Assembly (NCBI GenBank): GCA_964016885.1
Contig: OZ024741.1
Span: forward strand, 1,240,001 to 1,304,000
Direction of reading: 5' to 3'
DNA from: Eledone cirrhosa
Lineage: Eukaryota
Length of the DNA: 64,000 nucleotides
The notes beneath the pieces are model-generated. The model was not told where the DNA came from and did not search any database. It worked only from the letters and a program-made list of their open reading frames with translations. The position numbers and the translations under genes are program-made. Shown piece by piece: positions 49,401 to 64,000 of this stretch (its first letter is position 1; every line of letters begins with the position of its first letter).

Positions 49401-52400
49401 TCCCACCTACAGATAGATTATTAAAGGTAACATCTACCTACAGATAGATTATTAAAAGTAACATCTCCTACATACAGATAGATTATTAAAGGTAACATCT
49501 ACTACCTACAGATAGATTATTAAAGGTAACATCTCCTACCTACAGTTAGATTATTAAAGGTAACATCTCCTACCTACAGATAGATTATTAAAGGTAACAT
49601 CTACCTACAGATAGATTATTAAAGGTAACATCTCCTACCTACAGATAGATTATTAAAGGTAACATCTACCTACAGATAGATTATTAAAGGTAACATCTAC
49701 TACCTACAGATAAATTATTAAAGGTAACATCTCCTACCTACAGATAGATTATTAAAGGTAACATCTCCTACCTACAGATACATTATTAAAGGTAACATCT
49801 CCTACCTACAGATAGATTATTTAAGGTAACATCTACCTACAGATAGATTATTAAAAACAATATCTCCTACCTACAGATAGATTATTAAAGGTAACATCTA
49901 CCTACAGATAGATAATTAAAGGTAACATCTACCTACAGATAGATTATTAAAGGTAACATCTACCTACAGATAGATTATTAAAGGTAACATCTACTACCTA
50001 CAGATAGATTATTAAAGGTAACATCTCCTACCTACAGATAGATTATTAAAGGTAACTTCTACCTACAGATAGATTATTAAAGGTAACATCTCCTGCCTTA
50101 CAGATAGATTATTAAAGGTAACATCTACCTACAGATAGATTATTAAAGGTAACATCTACCTACAGATAGATTATTAAAGGTAACATCTCCTACCTACAGA
50201 TAGATTATTAAAGACAACATCTCCTACCTACAGATAGATTATTAAAGGTAACATCTACCTACAGATAGATTATTAAAGGTAACATCTCCTAATTACAGAT
50301 AGATTATTAAAGACAACATCTCCTACCTAAAGATAGATTATTAAACGTAACATCTCCTACCTACAGATAGATTATTAAAGGTAACATCTCCTACCTACAG
50401 ATAGATTATTAAAGGTAACATCTACCTACAGATAGATGATTAAACTTAACATCTCCTACCTACAGATAGATTATTAAAGGTAACATCTAACTACAGATAG
50501 ATTATTAAAGGTAACATCTCCTACCTACAGATAGATTATTAAAGGTAACATCTACTACCTACAGATAGATTATTAAAGGTAACATCTCCTACCTACAGAT
50601 AGATTATTAAAGGTAACATCTCCTACCTACAGATAGATTATTAAAGGTAACATCTCCCACCTACAGATAGATTATTAAAGGTAACATCTCCCACCTACAG
50701 ATAGATTATTAAAGGTAACATCTACCTACAGATAGATTATTAAAAGTAACATCTCCTACCTACAGATAGATTATTAAAGGTAACATCTACCTACAGATAG
50801 ATTATTAAAGGTAACATCTCCTATCTACAGATAGATTATTAAAGGTAACATCTCCTACCTACAGATAGATTATTAAAGGTAACATCTCCTACCTACAGAT
50901 AGATTATTAAAGGTAACATCTACCTACAGATAGATTATTAAAGACAACATCTCCTACCTACAGATAGATTATTAAAGGTAACATCTACCTACAGATAGAT
51001 TATTAAAGGTAACATCTCCTACCTACAGATAGATTATTAAAGGTAACATCTACCTACAGATAGATTATTAAAGGTAACATCTCCTACCTACAGATAGATT
51101 ATTAAAGGTAACATCTACCTACAGATAGATTATTAAAAGTAACATCTCCTACATACAGATAGATTATTAAAGGTAACATCTACTACCTACAGATAGATTA
51201 TTAAAGGTAATATATCCTACCTACAGATAGATTATTAAAGGTAACATCTCCTACCTAAAGATAGATTATTAAAGGTAACATCTCCTACCTACAGATAGAT
51301 TATTAAAGGTAACATCTACCTACAGATAGATTATTAAAGGTAACATCTCCTACCTACAGATAGATTATTAAAGGTAACATGTCCTACCTACAGATAGATT
51401 ATTAAAGGTAACATCTACCTACAGATAGATGATTAAACTTAACATCTCCTACCTACAGATAGATTATTAAAGGTAACATCTAACTACAGATAGATTATTA
51501 AAGGTAACATCTCCTACCTACAGATAGATTATTAAAGGTAACATCTACTACCTACAGATAGATTATTAAAGGTAACATCTCCTACCTACAGATAGATTAT
51601 TAAAGGTAACATCTCCTACCTACAGATAGATTATTAAAGGTAACATCTCCCACCTACAGATAGATTATTAAAGGTAACATCTACCTACAGATAGATTATT
51701 AAAAGTAACATCTCCTACCTACAGATAGATTATTAAAGGTTACATCTACCTACAGATAGATTATTAAAGGTAACATCTCCTATCTACAGATAGATTATTA
51801 AAGGTAACATCTCCTACCTACAGATAGATTATTAAAGGTAACATCTCCTACCTACAGATAGATTATTAAAGGTAACATCTACCTATAGATAGATTATTAA
51901 AGACAACATCTCCTACCTACAGATAGATTATTAAAGGTAACATCTACCTACAGATAGATTATTAAAGGTAACATCTCCTACCTACAGATAGATTATTAAA
52001 GGTAACATCTACCTACAGATAGATTATTAAAGACAACATCTCCTACCTACAGATAGATTATTAAAGGTAACATCTACCTACAGATAGATTATTAAAGGTA
52101 ACATCTCCTATCTACAGATAGATTATTAAAAACAACATCTCCTACCTACAGATAGATTATTAAATGTAACATCTAACTACAGATAGATTATTTAAGGTAA
52201 CATCTCCTACCTACAAATAGATTATTAAAGGTAACAACTCCTACCTACAGATAGATTATTAAAGGTAACATCTCCTACCTACAGATAGATTATTAAAGGT
52301 AACATCTACCTACAGATAGATTATTAAAGGTAACATCTACCTACAGATAGATTATTAAAGATAACATCTCCTAACTACAGATAGATTATTAAAAGTAACA

Positions 52401-55400
52401 TCTACCTACAGATAGACTATTAAAGGTAACATCTACCTACAGATAGAATATAAAAGGTAACATCTCCTACCTACAGATAGATTAATAAAAGTAACATCTA
52501 CCTACAGATAGATTATTAAAGGCAACATCTCCTACCTACAGATAGATTAATAAAAGTAACATCTCCTACCTACAGATAGATTATTAAAGGTAACATCTAC
52601 CTACAGATAGAATATTAAAGGTAACATCTCCTACCAACAGATAGATTATTAAAGGTAACATCTACCTACAGATAGGTTATTAAAGGTAACATCTACCTAC
52701 AGATAGATTATTCAAGGTAACATCTCCTACCTACAGATAGATTATTAAAGGTAACATCTCCTACCTACAGATAGATTATTAAAGGCAACATCTCCTACCT
52801 ACAGATAGATTATTAAAGGTAACATCTACTTACAGATAGATTATTAAAGACAACATCTCCTGCAGATAGATTATTAAAGGTAACATCTCCTACCTACAGA
52901 TAGATTATTAAAGGTAACTTCTCCTAAATACAGATAGATTATTAAAGGTAACATCTACCTACAGATAGATTATTAAAGGTAACATCTCCTATCTACAGAT
53001 AGATTATTAAAAACAACATCTCCTACCTACAGATAGATTATTAAATGTAACATCTAACTACAGATAGATTATTTAAGGTAACATCTCCTACCTACAAATA
53101 GATTATTAAAGGTAACAACTCCTACCTACAGATAGATTATTAAAGGTAACATCTCCTACCTACAGATAGATTATTAAAGGTAACATCTACCTACAGATAG
53201 ATTATTAAAGGTAACATCTACCTACAGATAGATTATTAAAGATAACATCTCCTAACTACAGATAGATTATTAAAGGTAACATCTACCTACAGATAGACTA
53301 TTAAAGGTAACATCTACCTACAGATAGAATATTAAAGGTAACATCTCCTACCTACAGATAGATTAATAAAAGTAACATCTACCTACAGATAGATTATTAA
53401 AGGCAACATCTCCTACCTACAGATAGATTAATAAAAGTAACATCTCCTACCTACAGATAGATTATTAAAGGTAACATCTACCTACAGATAGAATATTAAA
53501 GGTAACATCTCCTACCAACAGATAGATTATTAAAGGTAACATCTACCTACAGATAGGTTATTAAAGGTAACATCTACCTACAGATAGATTATTCAAGGTA
53601 ACATCTCCTACCTACAGATAGATTATTAAAGGTAACATCTCCTACCTACAGATAGATTATTAAAGGTAACATCTACTTACAGATAGATTATTAAAGACAA
53701 CATCTCCTGCAGATAGATTATTAAAGGTAACATCTCCTACCTACAGATAGATTATTAAAGGTAACATCTCCTAAATACAGATAGATTATTAAAGGTAACA
53801 TCTACCTACAGATAGATTATTAAAGGTAACATCTCCTACCTACAGATAGATTATTAAAGGTAACATCTCCTACCTACAGATAGATTATTAAAGGTAACAT
53901 CTCCTACCTACAGATAGATTATTAAAGGTAACATCTCCCACCTACAGATACATTATTAAAGGTAACATCTACCTACAGATAGATTATTAAAAGTAACATC
54001 TCCTACCTACAGATAGATTATTAAAGGTAACATCTACCTACAGATAGATTATTAAAGGTAACATCTCCTATCTACAGATAGATTATTAAAGGTAACATCT
54101 CCTACCTACAGATAGATTATTAAAGGTAACATCTCCTACCTACAGATAGATTATTAAAGGTAACATCTACCTACAGATAGATTATTAAAGACAACATCTC
54201 CTACCTACAGATAGATTATTAAAGGTAACATCTACCTACAGATAGATTATTAAAGGTAACATCTCCTACCTACTGATAGATTATTAAAGGTAACATCTAC
54301 CTACAGATAGATTATTAAAGACAACATCTCCTACCTACAGATAGATTATTAAAGGTAACATCTACCTACAGATAGATTATTAAAGGTAACATCTCCTATC
54401 TACAGATAGATTATTAAAAACAACATCTCCTACCTACAGATAGATTATTAAATGTAACATCTAACTACAGATAGATTATTTAAGGTAACATCTCCTACCT
54501 ACAAGTAGATTATTAAAGGTAACAACTCCTACCTACAGATAGATTATTAATGGTAACATCTCCTACCTACAGATAGATTATTAAAGGTAACATCTACCTA
54601 CAGATAGATTATTAAAGGTAACATCTACCTACAGATAGATTATTAAAGATAACATCTCCTAACTACAGATAGATTATTAAAGGTAACATCTACCTACAGA
54701 TAGACTATTAAAGGTAACATCTACCTACAGATAGAATATTAAAGGTAACATCTCCTACCTACAGATAGATTAATAAAAGTAACATCTACCTACAGATAGA
54801 TTATAAAAGGCAACATCTCCTACCTACAGATAGATTAATAAAAGTAACATCTCCTACCTACAGATAGATTATTAAAGGTAACATCTACCTACAGATAGAA
54901 TATTAAAGGTAACATCTCCTACCAACAGATAGATTATTAAAGGTAACATCTACCTACAGATAGGTTATTAAAGGTAACATCTACCTACAGATAGATTATT
55001 CAAGGTAACATCTCCTACCTACAGATAGATTATTAAAGGTAACATCTCCTACCTACAGATAGATTATTAAAGGTAACATCTCCTACCTACAGATAGATTA
55101 TTAAAGGTAACATCTACTTACAGATAGATTATTAAAGACAACATCTCCTGCAGATAGATTATTAAAGGTAACATCTCCTACCTACAGATAGATTATTAAA
55201 GGTAACATCTCCTAAATACAGATAGATTATTAAAGGTAACATCTACCTACAGATAGATTATTAAAGGTAACATCTCCTACCTACAGATAGATTATTAAAG
55301 GTAACATCTCCTACCTACAGATAGATTATTAAAGGTAACATCTCCTACCTACAGATAGATTATTAAAGGTAACATCTACCTACAGATAGATTATTAAAGG

Positions 55401-58400
55401 TAACATCTACCTACAGATAGATTATTAAAGGTAACATCTACCTACAGATAGATTATTAAAGGTAACATCTCCTACCTACAGATAGATTATTAAAGGTAAC
55501 ATCTACCTACAGATAGATTATTAAAGACAACATCTCCTACCTACAGATAGATTATTAAAGGTAACATCTACCTACAGATAGATTATTAAAGGTAACATCT
55601 CCTATCTACAGATAGATTATTAAAAACAACATCTCCTACCTACAGATAGATTATTAAATGTAACATCTAACTACAGATAGATTATTTAAGGTAACATCTC
55701 CTACCTACAAATAGATTATTAAAGGTAACAACTCCTACCTACAGATAGATTATTAAAGGTAACATCTCCTACCTACAGATAGATTATTAAAGGTAACATC
55801 TACCTACAGATAGATTATTAAAGGTAACATCTACCTACAGATAGATTATTAAAGATAACATCTCCTAACTACAGATAGATTATTAAAGGTAACATCTACC
55901 TACAGATAGACTATTAAAGGTAACATCTACCTACAGATAGAATATTAAAGGTAACATCTCCTACCTACAGATAGATTAATAAAAGTAACATCTACCTACA
56001 GATAGATTATTAAAGGCAACATCTCCTACCTACAGATAGATTAATAAAAGTAACATCTCCTACCTACAGATAGATTATTAAAGGTAACATCTACCTACAG
56101 ATAGAATATTAAAGGTAACATCTCCTACCAACAGATAGATTATTAAAGGTAACATCTACCTACAGATAGGTTATTAAAGGTAACATCTACCTACAGATAG
56201 ATTATTCAAGGTAACATCTCCTACCTACAGATAGATTATTAAAGGTAACATCTCCTACCTACAGATAGATTATTAAAGGTAACATCTCCTTACTACAGAT
56301 AGATTATTAAAGGTAACATCTACTTACAGATAGATTATTAAAGACAACATCTCCTGCAGATAGATTATTAAAGGTAACATCTCCTACCTACAGATAGATT
56401 ATTAAAGGTAACATCTCCTAAATACAGATAGATTATTAAAGGTAACATCTACCTACAGATAGATTATTAAAGGTAACATCTCCTACCTACAGATAGATTA
56501 TTAAAGGTAACATCTCCTACCTACAGATAGATTATTAAAGGTAACATCTCCTACCTACAGATAGATTATTAAAGGTAACATCTCCCACCTACAGATACAT
56601 TATTAAAGGTAACATCTACCTACAGATAGATTATTAAAAGTAACATCTCCTACCTACAGATAGATTATTAAAGGTAACATCTACCTACAGATAGATTATT
56701 AAAGGTAACATCTCCTATCTACAGATAGATTATTAAAGGTAACATCTCCTACCTACAGATAGATTATTAAAGGTAACATCTCCTACCTACAGATAGATTA
56801 TTAAAGGTAACATCTACCTACAGATAGATTATTAAAGACAACATCTCCTACCTACAGATAGATTATTAAAGGTAACATCTACCTACAGATAGATTATTAA
56901 AGGTAACATCTCCTACCTACTGATAGATTATTAAAGGTAACATCTACCTACAGATAGATTATTAAAGACAACATCTCCTACCTACAGATAGATTATTAAA
57001 GGTAACATCTACCTACAGATAGATTATTAAAGGTAACATCTCCTATCTACAGATAGATTATTAAAAACAACATCTCCTACCTACAGATAGATTATTAAAT
57101 GTAACATCTAACTACAGATAGATTATTTAAGGTAACATCTCCTACCTACAAGTAGATTATTAAAGGTAACAACTCCTACCTACAGATAGATTATTAAAGG
57201 TAACATCTCCTACCTACAGATAGATTATTAAAGGTAACATCTACCTACAGATAGATTATTAAAGGTAACATCTACCTACAGATAGATTATTAAAGATAAC
57301 ATCTCCTAACTACAGATAGATTATTAAAGGTAACATCTACCTACAGATAGACTATTAAAGGTAACATCTACCTACAGATAGAATATTAAAGGTAACATCT
57401 CCTACCTACAGATAGATTAATAAAAGTAACATCTACCTACAGATAGATTATAAAAGGCAACATCTCCTACCTACAGATAGATTAATAAAAGTAACATCTC
57501 CTACCTACAGATAGATTATTAAAGGTAACATCTACCTACAGATAGAATATTAAAGGTAACATCTCCTACCAACAGATAGATTATTAAAGGTAACATCTAC
57601 CTACAGATAGGTTATTAAAGGTAACATCTACCTACAGATAGATTATTCAAGGTAACATCTCCTACCTACAGATAGATTATTAAAGGTAACATCTCCTACC
57701 TACAGATAGATTATTAAAGGTAACATCTCCTACCTACAGATAGATTATTAAAGGTAACATCTACTTACAGATAGATTATTAAAGACAACATCTCCTGCAG
57801 ATAGATTATTAAAGGTAACATCTCCTACCTACAGATAGATTATTAAAGGTAACATCTCCTAAATACAGATAGATTATTAAAGGTAACATCTACCTACAGA
57901 TAGATTATTAAAGGTAACATCTCCTACCTACAGATAGATTATTAAAGGTAACATCTCCTACCTACAGATAGATTATTAAAGGTAACATCTCCTACCTACA
58001 GATAGATTATTAAAGGTAACATCTACCTACAGATAGATTATTAAAGGTAACATCTACCTACAGATAGATTATTAAAGGTAACATCTACCTACAGATAGAT
58101 TATTAAAGGTAACATCTCCTACCTACAGATAGATTATTAAAGGTAACATCTACCTACAGATAGATTATTAAAGACAACATCTCCTACCTACAGATAGATT
58201 ATTAAAGGTAACATCTACCTACAGATAGATTATTAAAGGTAACATCTCCTATCTACAGATAGATTATTAAAAACAACATCTCCTACCTACAGATAGATTA
58301 TTAAATGTAACATCTAACTACAGATAGATTATTTAAGGTAACATCTCCTACCTACAAATAGATTATTAAAGGTAACAACTCCTACCTACAGATAGATTAT

Positions 58401-61400
58401 TAAAGGTAACATCTCCTACCTACAGATAGATTATTAAAGGTAACATCTACCTACAGATAGATTATTAAAGGTAACATCTACCTACAGATAGATTATTAAA
58501 GATAACATCTCCTAACTACAGATAGATTATTAAAGGTAACATCTACCTACAGATAGACTATTAAAGGTAACATCTACCTACAGATAGAATATTAAAGGTA
58601 ACATCTCCTACCTACAGATAGATTAATAAAAGTAACATCTACCTACAGATAGATTATTAAAGGCAACATCTCCTACCTACAGATAGATTAATAAAAGTAA
58701 CATCTCCTACCTACAGATAGATTATTAAAGGTAACATCTACCTACAGATAGAATATTAAAGGTAACATCTCCTACCAACAGATAGATTATTAAAGGTAAC
58801 ATCTACCTACAGATAGGTTATTAAAGGTAACATCTACCTACAGATAGATTATTCAAGGTAACATCTCCTACCTACAGATAGATTATTAAAGGTAACATCT
58901 CCTACCTACAGATAGATTATTAAAGGTAACATCTCCTACCTACAGATAGATTATTAAAGGTAACATCTACTTACAGATAGATTATTAAAGACAACATCTC
59001 CTGCAGATAGATTATTAAAGGTAACATCTCCTACCTACAGATAGATTATTAAAGGTAACATCTCCTAAATACAGATAGATTATTAAAGGTAACATCTACC
59101 TACAGATAGATTATTAAAGGTAACATCTCCTACCTACAGATAGATTATTAAAGGTAACATCTCCTACCTACAGATAGATTATTAAAGGTAACATCTCCTA
59201 CCTACAGATAGATTATTAAAGGTAACATCTCCCACCTACAGATACATTATTAAAGGTAACATCTACCTACAGATAGATTATTAAAAGTAACATCTCCTAC
59301 CTACAGATAGATTATTAAAGGTAACATCTACCTACAGATAGATTATTAAAGGTAACATCTCCTATCTACAGATAGATTATTAAAAACAACATCTCCTACC
59401 TACAGATAGATTATTAAATGTAACATCTAACTACAGATAGATTATTTAAGGTAACATCTCCTACCTACAAATAGATTATTAAAGGTAACAACTCCTACCT
59501 ACAGATAGATTATTAAAGGTAACATCTCCTACCTACAGATAGATTATTAAAGGTAACATCTACCTACAGATAGATTATTAAAGGCAACATCTACCTACAG
59601 ATAGATTATTAAAGATAACATCTCCTAACTACAGATAGATTATTAAAGGTAACATCTACCTACAGATAGACTATTAAAGGTAACATCTACCTACAGATAG
59701 AATATTAAAGGTAACATCTCCTACCTACAGATAGATTAATAAAAGTAACATCTACCTACAGATAGATTATTAAAGGCAACATCTCCTACCTACAGATAGA
59801 TTAATAAAAGTAACATCTCCTACCTACAGATAGATTATTAAAGGTAACATCTACCTACAGATAGAATATTAAAGGTAACATCTCCTACCAACAGATAGAT
59901 TATTAAAGGTAACATCTACCTACAGATAGGTTATTAAAGGTAACATCTACCTACAGATAGATTATTCAAGGTAACATCTCCTACCTACAGATAGATTATT
60001 AAAGGTAACATCTCCTACCTACAGATAGATTATTAAAGGTAACATCTCCTACCTACAGATAGATTATTAAAGGTAACATCTACTTACAGATAGATTATTA
60101 AAGACAACATCTCCTGCAGATAGATTATTAAAGGTAACATCTCCTACCTACAGATAGATTATTAAAGGTAACATCTCCTAAATACAGATAGATTATTAAA
60201 GGTAACATCTACCTACAGATAGATTATTAAAGGTAACATCTCCTACCTACAGATAGATTATTAAAGGTAACATCTCCTACCTACAGATAGATTATTAAAG
60301 GTAACATCTCCTACCTACAGATAGATTATTAAAGGTAACATCTCCCACCTACAGATAGATTATTAAAGGTAACATCTACCTACAGATAGATTATTAAAAG
60401 TAACATCTCCTACCTACAGATAGATTATTAAAGGTAACATCTACCTACAGATAGATTATTAAAGGTAACATCTCCTATCTACAGATAGATTATTAAAGGT
60501 AACATCTCCTACCTACAGATAGATTATTAAAGGTAACATCTCCTACCTACAGATAGATTATTAAAGGTAACATCTACCTACAGATAGATTATTAAAGACA
60601 ACATCTCCTACCTACAGATAGATTATTAAAGGTAACATCTACCTACAGATAGATTATTAAAGGTAACATCTCCTACCTACAGATAGATTATTAAAGGTAA
60701 CATCTACCTACAGATAGATTATTAAAGACAACATCTCCTACCTACAGATAGATTATTAAAGGTAACATCTACCTACAGATAGATTATTAAAGGTAACATC
60801 TCCTATCTACAGATAGATTATTAAAAACAACATCTCCTACCTACAGATAGATTATTAAATGTAACATCTAACTACAGATAGATTATTTAAGGTAACATCT
60901 CCTACCTACAAATAGATTATTAAAGGTAACAACTCCTACCTACAGATAGATTATTAAAGGTAACATCTCCTACCTACAGATAGATTATTAAAGGTAACAT
61001 CTACCTACAGATAGATTATTAAAGGTAACATCTACCTACAGATAGATTATTAAAGATAACATCTCCTAACTACAGATAGAATATTAAAGGTAACATCTAC
61101 CTACAGATAGAATATTAAAGGTAACATCTACCTACAGATAGAATATTAAAGGTAACATCTCCTACCTACAGATAGATTAATAAAAGTAACATCTACCTAC
61201 AGATAGATTATTAAAGGCAACATCTCCTACCTACAGATAGATTAATAAAAGTAACATCTCCTACCTACAGATAGATTATTAAAGGTAACATCTACCTACA
61301 GATAGAATATTAAAGGTAACATCTCCTACCAACAGATAGATTATTAAAGGTAACATCTACCTACAGATAGGTTATTAAAGGTAACATCTACCTACAGATA

Positions 61401-64000
61401 GATTATTCAAGGTAACATCTCCTACCTACAGATAGATTATTAAAGGTAACATCTCCTACCTACAGATAGATTATTAAAGGTAACATCTCCTACCTACAGA
61501 TAGATTATTAAAGGTAACATCTACTTACAGATAGATTATTAAAGACAACATCTCCTGCAGATAGATTATTAAAGGTAACATCTCCTACCTACAGATAGAT
61601 TATTAAAGGTAACATCTCCTAAATACAGATAGATTATTAAAGGTAACATCTACCTACAGATAGATTATTAAAGGTAACATCTCCTACCTACAGATAGATT
61701 ATTAAAGGTAACATCTCCTACCTACAGATAGATTATTAAAGGTAACATCTCCTACCTACAGATAGATTATTAAAGGTAACATCTCCCACCTACAGATACA
61801 TTATTAAAGGTAACATCTACCTACAGATAGATTATTAAAAGTAACATCTCCTACCTACAGATAGATTATTAAAGGTAACATCTACCTACAGATAGATTAT
61901 TAAAGGTAACATCTCCTATCTACAGATAGATTATTAAAGGTAACATCTCCTACCTACAGATAGATTATTAAAGGTAACATCTCCTACCTACAGATAGATT
62001 ATTAAAGGTAACATCTACCTACAGATAGATTATTAAAGACAACATCTCCTACCTACAGATAGATTATTAAAGGTAACATCTACCTACAGATAGATTATTA
62101 AAGGTAACATCTCCTACCTACAGATAGATTATTAAAGGTAACATCTACCTACAGATAGATTATTAAAGACAACATCTCCTACCTACAGATAGATTATTAA
62201 AGGTAACATCTACCTACAGATAGATTATTAAAGGTAACATCTCCTATCTACAGATAGATTATTAAAAACAACATCTCCTACCTACAGATAGATTATTAAA
62301 TGTAACATCTAACTACAGATAGATTATTTAAGGTAACATCTCCTACCTACAAATAGATTATTAAAGGTAACAACTCCTACCTACAGATAGATTATTAAAG
62401 GTAACATCTCCTACCTACAGATAGATTATTAAAGGTAACATCTACCTACAGATAGATTATTAAAGGTAACATCTACCTACAGATAGATTATTAAAGATAA
62501 CATCTCCTAACTACAGATAGATTATTAAAGGTAACATCTACCTACAGATAGACTATTAAAGGTAACATCTACCTACAGATAGAATATAAAAGGTAACATC
62601 TCCTACCTACAGATAGATTAATAAAAGTAACATCTACCTACAGATAGATTATTAAAGGCAACATCTCCTACCTACAGATAGATTAATAAAAGTAACATCT
62701 CCTACCTACAGATAGATTATTAAAGGTAACATCTACCTACAGATAGAATATTAAAGGTAACATCTCCTACCAACAGATAGATTATTAAAGGTAACATCTA
62801 CCTACAGATAGGTTATTAAAGGTAACATCTACCTACAGATAGATTATTCAAGGTAACATCTCCTACCTACAGATAGATTATTAAAGGTAACATCTCCTAC
62901 CTACAGATAGATTATTAAAGGTAACATCTCCTACCTACAGATAGATTATTAAAGGTAACATCTACTTACAGATAGATTATTAAAGACAACATCTCCTGCA
63001 GATAGATTATTAAAGGTAACATCTCCTACCTACAGATAGATTATTAAAGGTAACATCTCCTAAATACAGATAGATTATTAAAGGTAACATCTACCTACAG
63101 ATAGATTATTAAAGGTAACATCTCCTACCTACAGATAGATTATTAAAGGTAACATCTCCTACCTACAGATAGATTATTAAAGGTAACATCTCCTACCTAC
63201 AGATAGATTATTAAAGGTAACATCTCCCACCTACAGATACATTATTAAAGGTAACATCTACCTACAGATAGATTATTAAAAGTAACATCTCCTACCTACA
63301 GATAGATTAATAAAAGTAACATCTACCTACAGATAGATTATTAAAGGCAACATCTCCTACCTACAGATAGATTAATAAAAGTAACATCTCCTACCTACAG
63401 ATAGATTATTAAAGGTAACATCTACCTACAGATAGAATATTAAAGGTAACATCTCCTACCAACAGATAGATTATTAAAGGTAACATCTACCTACAGATAG
63501 GTTATTAAAGGTAACATCTACCTACAGATAGATTATTCAAGGTAACATCTCCTACCTACAGATAGATTATTAAAGGTAACATCTCCTACCTACAGATAGA
63601 TTATTGAAGGTAACATCTCCTACCTACAGATAGATTATTAAAGGTAACATCTACTTACAGATAGATTATTAAAGACAACATCTCCTGCAGATAGATTATT
63701 AAAGGTAACATCTCCTACCTACAGATAGATTATTAAAGGTAACATCTCCTAAATACAGATAGATTATTAAAGGTAACATCTACCTACAGATAGATTATTA
63801 AAGGTAACATCTCCTACCTACAGATAGATTATTAAAGGTAACATCTCCTACCTACAGATAGATTATTAAAGGTAACATCTCCTACCTACAGATAGATTAT
63901 TAAAGGTAACATCTACCTACAGATAGATTATTAAAAGTAACATCTCCTACCTACAGATAGATTATTAAAGGTAACATCTACCTACAGATAGATTATTAAA
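34429..64000. repeat. >29.5-kb satellite of 34-bp and 31-bp monomers AACATCT(CCT)ACCTACAGATAGATTATTAAAGGT with higher-order structure
   Basis: Direct reading. There are roughly 900 monomers, no ORFs, and the array runs off the window end. Confidence 0.98.

Noticed and set aside
34429-64000. CRISPR-like array (repeat length 31-34 bp)
   Set aside because: Monomers are directly head-to-tail with no unique spacers, there are no cas genes, and the context is eukaryotic.

Overview
This is repeat-dominated eukaryotic (metazoan) DNA with no supportable host protein-coding gene. The tRNA-headed Nin-domain SINEs, dense microsatellites and LINE mix suggest an octopus/cephalopod genome (inference). Layout: (1) 1-6 kb, a retroelement cluster with Penelope-like elements (PLEs, one Naiad-type RT/GIY-YIG), a SINE and an R4/Dong-type RLE LINE. 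(2) 7.1-25.3 kb, G/T-skewed tandem arrays: (GAGT)n, a 20-mer, a 29-mer, (GTA)n, and a ~9.9-kb (GTT)-derived array with higher-order repeats. (3) 25.3-34.4 kb, a second nested retroelement cluster with a Naiad copy, a fold-back PLE terminus, bipartite RTE derivatives, an R4/Dong copy, an RTE RT fragment and stacked SINEs. (4) 34.4-64 kb, a 31/34-bp satellite with 1.2-4.2-kb higher-order periods. The main signals not shown by the ORF track are three unrelated minimal type-I hammerhead ribozyme (HHR) families at PLE termini, a degenerate type-III HHR with a possible loop-bulge pseudoknot, apparent microsatellite-specific insertion by each retroelement class, and a 3' motif shared by the SINE and the R4/Dong LINE. 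Nearly all long ORFs in the track are low-complexity artefacts.
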